Below, in pieces: positions 56,198 through 64,000 of a stretch of 64,000 bases of DNA. Each line of letters begins with the position of its first letter. Within the stretch, counting starts at the first letter, position 1. The notes under the pieces are model-generated. The model did not search any database. It saw nothing but the letters and a program-made list of their open reading frames with translations, and was not told the DNA's origin. The stretch lies in assembly GCF_009914755.1 (NCBI RefSeq), contig NC_060941.1. One strand, given 5' to 3'. The stretch is from the human T2T-CHM13v2.0 reference genome, Homo sapiens. Both the position numbers and the translations under genes were made by a program.

Positions 56198-56992
56198 TTC
56201 AAAACTATATATATGAGATTTATTTCACATTTTCTACCTACTCAGTCATGTGAGCTGTTGCTACATTTGTGAACTTTCTGAAACCAAGTGACAAATATCC
56301 ACAAAAGATCATTTACAATGTAGACATCACTAAAGTCTAGATTTAAAAGTCCAGTGAAAATGGCACACAGTTGGCTTACAGAAATAAAAAAGTACAATAT
56401 ATTTGAAATAGTAGGGTTTTTGTTTTCCATTTATGCCTACATCATGGTGTTACCTGTGGATATGTTATCAACGATATTGATATCAGATACTATGACCCAT
56501 GACATTTAGTATTTTTAGCAATAAGAAGCACACTTAAATCTATTTCAAAAATATGACATGTTAAATTCTTAGGAAAGTATCAACTTTACAAAGTATCATA
56601 CACCTAGAAAAGTAAACATGAATTTCTCAGTCTAGGTTAGAAAAAAAGTGTTTTAAGATTTTTATTAAAAAAATTTAAACAAAATTTGTTTATCTTATCT
56701 AGAAACTTATACGATCATGTAAAAGTAAATTTATTTATTCAGTATTATACAGAACAATGGAACCAGTATGGCCTGCAGAGATACAGAGGCTGTGAGAGGA
56801 GGTTGGCTTAGTCAAATGCCTCTGTCCACACTGACATGGCACTTACCCAGCACCCGAACCTCCTCCTCCCACCACACGGAGAACCATTTCTGTACTTATA
56901 ATATAGTTTCTAAAAATAGAACATTGCTGCTATAAAAATAAATGTATTTAAAAAAAACCACGGGTTTAAACAGGAACACAGAATTTGGGGTT
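56198..56992 (-). other. ABCA8: ABCA8 3' UTR (about 0.8 kb; 3' end approximate)
   Basis: Repeat-free AT-rich sequence between the stop codon and a canonical poly(A) signal with a GU/U-rich downstream element. Confidence 0.75.
56219..56224 (-). terminator. Polyadenylation signal AATAAA (probable main ABCA8 site)
   Basis: The minus strand reads gtgaAATAAAtctcatatatatagttttgaaatac, followed by GU/U-rich gttttctatttcatgtgtctttttc. Confidence 0.7.
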
Positions 56993-57091
56993 TTAAGGCT
57001 CTTCCTGGGGGAGGAGCTTCCACTTCACTGAGGGATCAAAATCCTCCTCAAAATCACCCAGCTCCTGCTCCTTGGAGAGCTCCAGGAAAAC
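56993..57091 (-). CDS. ABCA8: ABCA8 terminal coding exon: [32 protein letters not shown]
   Basis: Strong acceptor (ctctttatttccttcctccctttcag) and TAA stop at 56995-56993. The C-terminus GDFEED...KLLPQEEP is what I recall for ABCA8; as recalled, ABCA9 has GDLEED...KLLLQEEP. No paralog lies in the 56 kb downstream, which fits ABCA8 being the end gene of the 17q24 ABCA cluster. Confidence 0.9.
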
Positions 57092-57208
57092 CTGAAAGGG
57101 AGGAAGGAAATAAAGAGAGGAGAACAATGCCGTGCTGCCTCTGCAGCTCCCAGGGAATGTTTTATACACATATACCATGGATGATACGAATCCCTAAAAA
57201 TGACCCAC

Positions 57209-57264
57209 CTGCTCCAGGGTAGACTGTGAGAGGCTGTACTCCTCTAGGTCAAAGCTCTGTTTAA
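57209..57264 (-). CDS. ABCA8: ABCA8 penultimate coding exon (56 bp): (V)KQSFDLEEYSLSQSTLEQ
   Basis: CAG acceptor at 57267-57265 and GTGGGT donor after 57209. Phase (2+18 codons) fits both neighbouring exons. EYSLSQSTLEQ is the hallmark ABCA C-terminal motif. This exon is absent from the ORF track. Confidence 0.93.
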
Positions 57265-58607
57265 CTGCATAGGGATGAACATGTATTAGTTCATATATTT
57301 CATATCTAGAGGTCTCATAAATCAGCATATAGTACAAATGATATATTTTTTAAAAATCTTAAATAGGTTAAGGTAATATTCATTCATGTCTTAAGTACAT
57401 CGTTCAGTTAAGAATACACCAATGCATTTACTTAGGTTTGGGAGAAAAAGCGCTTGAATTATGCTTGTATGTTGTGCAGTTTTTGCGAACTGTATTTAAA
57501 GGAGAAAATGCTACTGAGTAAGCTTTCTTTCTTGCCTGTGGGCCAGTGGGTTTTGCACATTCAACACAGAAACAGGTGGAAGGCAGACATATTTTGAAAA
57601 GGCTTGTATCAGAAGATTATGGAGAAGGATTTGTGAGCCTTTTTAGAGAGCAGGTATCTTCACGGACCTCTATCCAAAAACCATTGCAGCTTCCTCTGAT
57701 TGGGTTAGGAACTGTTCTTTTGACCAAAATAGACTGGGAGAGGCGGTTAGAGCTCTAATAGGAGCTCAGCAGATTGGAAATATGCCACCAAAAGTTTCAG
57801 GTCAGTACTGGGCTTAATGCCAACCTGGAGAGTGCTGTGAATGACTACGTGGCCCAGAAAGTTGGAGAGCTCACATACATCAGAGAATGAAAAGAAGATG
57901 CATTACTGTGACCACAGATGCTCTCAAGGAGAGAATCAGACAATTCCTGATGCTCTAGCAAGTTAGACAATTCCTCTAGAACTAGAAGATCTGAATCTCT
58001 TCCTTAGGGCAGAGGATAAGCAAGCAAAGATATATCACTGAGCAGTGACAATGAAAACAGTATAGCGAGAGAGTTCTGACTAGCACAGTTCAGAGTAGCA
58101 GAGTTAATGAGCTAAAATTGCAAGGAAAACATGAACCTGTGATGACAGATGCAGGGAAGTTAGTTCTAAAATGTGACAGATGCGAGGAGATTGTTTCAAT
58201 GACCAGACAGGAGTCAGTTTCTTAATATACAGGCTAAGACAGTAAAATAATATGCCAGTCCACGGAAAAATTTAATTTTAAATATGTATGCATAGATGTT
58301 TCAAAAGAAAGTTTTCTTAAATGCATATATAACTGAGTTTTGACTTAGGTTTTACCAACATACATGCAAAAATACATGACAAAACCCCACAAAGCAAAAG
58401 TGAAAAAAATCACTCTCATTATCCCCTGGCACAGACACAGAGAATCCCTCTATCTCCTTGGTTTGGGTCTTCCTAAAATTCAATTTGAGACTGTAACTTT
58501 AAAATGTAATGCATTTTGTCACATTTCATTTTTGTCATAAAGGTGATTATTTTATGATTTGAAATTATCTTCTTTCCAGGGTCGTACTTCAAAGTCATAC
58601 TTCTTAC

Positions 58608-58687
58608 CCTTCTCTAATTTGAAGAAAGCTTGGGCTAAAGGTTGCACATCTTCCACTGGCAACTTATAAACCATCAGAGAGGAGTAC
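58608..58687 (-). CDS. ABCA8: ABCA8 third-last coding exon (80 bp): (R)[26 protein letters not shown](V)
   Basis: Polypyrimidine tract plus CAG acceptor (58690-58688) and GTAAG donor after 58608. The exon is 1+26 codons+1 nt and splices in frame to the next exon. The peptide matches the C-terminal regulatory region of ABCA6/8/9/10-type transporters. Confidence 0.93.
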
Positions 58688-58864
58688 CTGAGAGAAAAGG
58701 AGAGGTAAGAAGAGTGATACCACTTGTGCCAGATGTGAACTGATGGCAATCATCTCTCTGGTCTTTTTTTTTCTTTTAAAAAATGGTGTTAGGAACATTT
58801 AACATGAGATCTACCCTGTTAACAAATTTCGAAGTGAACAATCCAGTACTGTTGACTATGAGTA

Positions 58865-59342
58865 TGTAGGGTCCCCCAGTTTCCTTCACATTTTTCTGTG
58901 TTCTGACCAAAAATCAGAGGGTCTTGACTGCTCTGTCATCTGGCCAACAGAAGGTCTTTCCCAGCTGGTTTGAACCCAAGCTAGGGCCTTGAACATTCCC
59001 AGGAACAGATAAAGCTATTCAGATTGTTGTCCAAAACAACTAACCCTGACCCTGTGCCAAATTCCTTAAACCTTCATAAAAACTCCATAACCTGACCCCT
59101 CACTGTAGACATGCCTAGGTAGAACACCCCTTTTCTCTCACTGTTCATCTCGAAAATTGCTGCAGCCCACTCTGTAAGGAAGTTGCCCTGATAAATGATT
59201 TGGACTGATCACTGTGGACTTAGTTCTCTTTTTGGAATCCCAACCGGCCCCATCTTGGGACAGTTTGGGGAACTCTCTTGTGGAAACTCCCCTGCCACTG
59301 TGTTTGGGGTGATTCCGGCTGCAGGTTCAGTGGGACAAAAGA
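58865..59342 (+). mobile_element. Solo LTR (ERVL class by its 5-bp TSD; family not determined)
   Basis: TG start and TSD gagta at 58860-58864 and 59343-59347. Confidence 0.8.
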
Positions 59343-59937
59343 GAGTATAATGAGGTACAGAAGATCTCTAAAGCTTATTCATCTTGCTTAACTAAAATTT
59401 TACATCTATGATGAGTAACTTCTCATATTCTTCTCTCCCCAGCCTAGTACTATTTGATTCTATGAATTTGACTATTTTAGATATCTTATAAGTAGAATCA
59501 TGCAGAGTTTGTCTTTATGTGACTGATTTAGTTCACTCAGCATAAAGTCCTCAAGGTTCATCTGTGCTGTCACATGTTGCAGAATTTCTTTTCAAGGTCA
59601 GATAGTATTTCATTACATGTACCTAACACATTTACTTCATCCATTTATCTCTCAGTGAACACTTAGACTGTTTACACATCTTGGCTATTAAGAATAGTGC
59701 TGCAATGAAAATGTGGGTGCAGGTATCTCTTTGAGATCCTGATTTCAGTTCTTTTGGATACATACCCAGAAATGCAATTGCTAGGACGTAAGATAGTTCT
59801 ATTTTTGATATTTTGAGAATCTACCATATTGCTTTCCATAGTGGCTGCACCATTTTGCATTTCTACCAAAAGTGTGCAAGCATTCCAATTTCTCCACCTC
59901 CTTAGCAACAGTTATTTTTTTGGGGGGAATAGCCATC

Positions 59938-60344
59938 CATCTTAGTCCAGTTTTTTGTTGCTATGACACTATACCACAGACTGGGCAATTTATAATAAAA
60001 ATAATTTATTTCTTATTATTCTGGAGGCTGGGAAGTTACAGATTGAGGGGATACATCTGGTGAGGGTTTTCTTGCTGTGTCATAACTTGGCAGATGGCAT
60101 TATAGGGTGGGAGGGGCACTCAAGAGAGAGCCAAACTGGCTTTTATAACAGACCCACTCCCAAGATAACTAACTTACTCCCGAGATAACCTATCAATCCT
60201 TGAATAGATTAATCCACTCATGAGGGCAGAGCTTTCATGACCTAATAATCTCTTAAAGGTCCCACCTGGTCCTACCTTTTAATACCATCAAAATGGTAAT
60301 TAAATTCCGACATGAGTTTTGGAGGGGACACTCAAACGATAGCA
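59938..60344 (-). mobile_element. MSTC-like MaLR solo LTR
   Basis: TSD ccatc (59933-59937, 60345-60349); catgagttttggaggggacactcaaacgatagca terminus. Confidence 0.85.
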
Positions 60345-60543
60345 CCATCCTAACAGATGTGAGGTGATATCTTATTGTGGTTTTGATTTGCATTTCCCTG
60401 ATGACTAATGACATTTAACAGTTTTTCATATACATGTTCATTTGCATATCTTCTTTGGAGAAATGTCTATTCAAGTCCTTAGCACATTCTTAATTGGGTT
60501 ATTAGTTTTTTTTTGCTACTGGAGTTTAGGAATTTCCTATACA

Positions 60544-62349
60544 CAGTCATAGGCCACATAATGATGTCATAATCAATAATGGACTACATATATGACAGTG
60601 ACCCCGTAAGCTTATAATGGAGCTGAAAAATTCTATTGCTTAGAGACATCATAGCCATGATGACATTATAGCATAACATATTACTTATGTGTTTGTCGGG
60701 ATGCTGGTGTAACCAAACTTACTGTGCTGCCAATCATAAAAAAGTATGCAATTATCTATAGTACACAATACTTGATAATGATAAATGACTATGTTACTAG
60801 TTTATGTATATACTATACTATACTATACCATACTATACTTTTTATCATTATTTTAGAGTGTACTACTTCTACTTATAAAAAAGTTAACTGTAAAAAAGCC
60901 TCAGGCAGGTCCTTCGGGAGGTGTTTCAGAAGAAGGCATTGCACAGGGATCTACAACTGGAAATACCATTTGACCCAGCCATCCCATTACTGGGTATATA
61001 CCCAAAGGACTATAAATCATGCTGCTATAAAGACACATGCACATGTATGTTTATTGCGGCATTATTCACAATAGCAAAGACTTGGAACCAACCCAAATGT
61101 CCAACAATGATAGACTGGATTAAGAAAATGTGGCACATATACACCATGGAATACTATGCAGCCATAAAAAATGATGAATTCATGTCTTTTGTAGGGACAT
61201 GGATGAAATTGGAAATCATCATTCTCAGTAAACTATTGCAAGAACAAAAAACCAAACACCGCATATTCTCACTCATAGGTGGGAATTGAACGAGATCACA
61301 TGGACACAGGAAGGGGAATATCACACTCTGGGACTGTTGTGGGGTGGGGGGAGGGGGGAGGGATAGCATCGGGAGATATACCTAATGCTAGATGACGAGT
61401 TAGTGGGTGCAGCGCACCAGCATGGCACATGTATACATATGTAACTAACCTGCACAATGTGCACATGTACCCTAAAACTTAAAGTATAATTAAAAAAAAA
61501 TAAAAAATAAAAAATAAAAAAAATAAAAAAAAAGAAGAAGGCATTGCTATCACAGGAGATGACAGCTCCACATGTGTCATTGCCCCGAAGACCTTCCAGT
61601 GGGACAAGATGTGGAGATAGAAGACAGTGATGTTGATAATCCTGACTCTGTGTAGGCCTCAGCTAATGTGTGTGTGTTTGTGTCTCACTTTTTAATAAAA
61701 AATGTTAAGTAGAAAAAACAAATGAATAATTTTAGAAATAGAAAATAGCTTATAGAATATGGATATGAAAAAAGAAAATATTTTTGTACAGCCATACAAT
61801 GTGTTTGTATTTTAAGTTACGTGTTACTACAAAAAAGTTAAAAAGTTAAAAAAATTTTAGAAGTTTATAAAGTTACAGAACACTAAGGTTAATTTATTAA
61901 ATAAATTTTAAAAGTAAATTTAGTGTAGCCTAAGTGTACAGTGTTTATAAAAGTCATGTACAGTAATGTCCCAGGCCTTCGCATTCACTCACCACTGTCT
62001 CACCAATGGTCGCCCAGAGCTACATCCAGTCTTGCAAGCTGCGTTCATGGTAAGTGCCCTATACAGGTGTATCATTTTTTATCTTTTATGCCGATTTTTA
62101 CTCTATCTTTTGCTATGTTTAGATACACAAGTTCTTATTGTGTTACAATTGCCTACAGTATTCCCTGCAGTCACATGCTGTACAGGTTTGTAGCCTAGGA
62201 GCAATAGGATATACCATATAGCCTAGGTTTGCAGTAAGCTACACCATCTAGGTTTGTGTAAATTCACTCAGTGATATTCACACAATGATGAAATTGCTTA
62301 ACGACCCATTTCTCTGAAAGTATCCCTATTGTTCAGCAGTGCATGACTG
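60544..62349. mobile_element. Tigger3b/MER7-type non-autonomous DNA transposon (about 1.2 kb without its L1 insert)
   Basis: TIRs cagtcat...atgactg followed by TA; ttataatggagctgaaaaattc motif. Confidence 0.88.
60943..61532 (+). mobile_element. Young 5'-truncated L1 (L1PA2-like), 590 bp
   Basis: Perfect 15-bp TSD agaagaaggcattgc (60928-60942, 61533-61547). The 3' UTR has gatgacGAGttagt (not the L1-Ta ACA) and a long A-rich tail. Confidence 0.95.
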
Positions 62350-63759
62350 TATTTTGGACATTAACCCTTTGTCATATATATAATTTGCAAATAATCCTCC
62401 CATTCCATAGGTTGCCTTTCACTTTGTCAATTGTTTCTTTTGCTGTGTGGAAGCTTTCTAGTTTTATATCATCCCGCTTGTTTATTTTTGTTTTTATTGT
62501 CTATGCTTTTGTTGTCATATCCATGAACTCATTGCCAAGACCAATGTCATGAAGCTTTCCTCCTATGTTTTCTTCTAGGAGTTCAACAATTTCAGGTCTT
62601 ATGTTTATGTCTTTCATCCATTTTGAGTTGATTTTTGTGTATGGCATAAGATGGGGTCTAGTTTCATTCTTCTGCATGTGGATATCCTGTTTTCCCAACA
62701 CAATTGGTTGAAGAGACTATCCCTTCCCCATCATGTATTCTTGGCACGCTTTTTGAAGATCAGTTGGCCATATATTCAGGGATTTATTTCTCGGCTGTCT
62801 ATTCTGTTCCTTTGATCAATATGTTGGTCTTTACACTAGTGCCATATTGTTTTGATTTGTGTAGCTTTGTATGTGGGTTGTTATTTCTATAAATGAGAGT
62901 CAGTTTTGTGTAGGAAAAAAGGGTAAGGTGAATTGATAATAATCAAAAGGAAGCAGTTCACAAGGAGAACTGGGGGAAGGGAGTGTAATACTCAGACAGT
63001 TTAGTGTTGTTGGCCCCTTGGATGGAAGTGAGTAGGTGCTGTCCAGATGATATTTCAAGATTTGCCAAAGTCATCTTCCACCTTGTTTTCTAACTGAATA
63101 CTTGATCTTCAACTTCATCCTTCAACAAGGAATTTATACTGCATAGTTTCTTAAAGTTCCTCAAATAGGGTAGAAATCTAGATATATTTCCCACAAGTCA
63201 CATATCTCTCCTTCTCCTCCATCCTACTCAAACTGCCTTCCTAATAGAGGATAATGTAATTGAGCCTCTGGTTAGAAGAGCAGAAATTCAGCACCAAATA
63301 AGGTAGGCAACAACATTTTTTAATATTTTGTTTCTCAGATAAATGTTTGTCTTTTCATCATTTGAAAATTAGGAAGATTTACATTTCATTTCACAAGACA
63401 TCATTACATATATTTATGGTGCAGTCATTCTCACCTATTTCGCTTATTCCCTGTGGCTTCATGATGTATTTCTATACAGCCATGAGCTGGACATTGAATT
63501 ATAGCATTGCTTTTCCATTTATATTACACTGTAGAAATATATTTTCCCACATTGTTATGATGACTTATTTCTCCTTGTTATCATTTTTTTCACCTAACTC
63601 CTAAATTATCTATCATCTGCTATAAATTCTAGGTGTTAAAAATGATCCTAAGGCTACTCTTTAATTTTTTTCTGTCTATGAAAATAAATACATCAGGATG
63701 ATGCTGTTACCAGAATTTACATAAAATTGGAAATGTTAATTGATTTGAAATAAAATAAT

Positions 63760-63995
63760 TAGGTTTACCTCTTGGTTCTGCCACTTGTTAACTTCTCATG
63801 TGACCTAACCTGTCTCTCAGCCAATTTCCACTTCATAAAGATAATAATCAATTTCATTTACGAAGGATACTCACAACGCTTTTTTGAAGTCTACTCATTT
63901 TTTTTACTGGAATAGCTATGTCTACGGTGAAAAGTCTCTGTAAGTTTTGGATAGGATAACACAATACCAGGACAGCCCCTGGCGCATAGTGGAAC
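63760..63995 (+). mobile_element. MIR remnant
   Basis: ttggttctgccacttgttaac...ctctcagccaatttccacttcataaag. Confidence 0.45.
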
Positions 63996-64000
63996 CATGA

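Larger units (their letters stand above)
58765..62870 (-). mobile_element. L1MA8/9-like host element in the ABCA8 intron, split by three insertions
   Basis: The L1MA 3' UTR and ORF2 sequence resumes colinearly after each insert. Confidence 0.85.

Noticed and set aside
62870-64000. Next upstream ABCA8 exon
   Set aside because: I found no minus-strand segment with suitable splice sites and ABCA-like translation. It presumably lies beyond the window.

Overview
This is primate (very likely human) genomic DNA, AT-rich and dominated by transposable elements. It is not microbial. The only host protein-coding sequence I can support is the 3' end of an ABCA-subfamily lipid transporter on the minus strand, recognised as ABCA8: three spliced coding exons (58687-58608, 57264-57209, 57091-56993) and a 3' UTR of about 0.8 kb ending near an AATAAA at 56224-56219. 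The rest of the gene lies beyond the right edge. Positions 1-56 kb are downstream intergenic sequence holding Alu, L1 (L1PA, L1M and HAL1-like), L2, MIR, MaLR/ERVL LTRs, an LTR16/ERVL proviral remnant, a near-full-length Tigger1, MER5A and scrambled Charlie/hAT transposase remnants. A Tigger3b-like element lies in the ABCA8 intron. Nearly all ORFs in the supplied track are repeat-derived or chance. I found no convincing new biological system. The most interesting observations are local mutational scars: a three-level TE nest in the ABCA8 intron, an AluSc/AluY trimeric chimera, a 50-bp templated copy of Tigger1, a fold-back hairpin, a 99-bp twin-primed L1, and diverged direct duplications of about 110 bp. 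Repeat subfamily names come from remembered consensus sequences and need RepeatMasker/Dfam confirmation.
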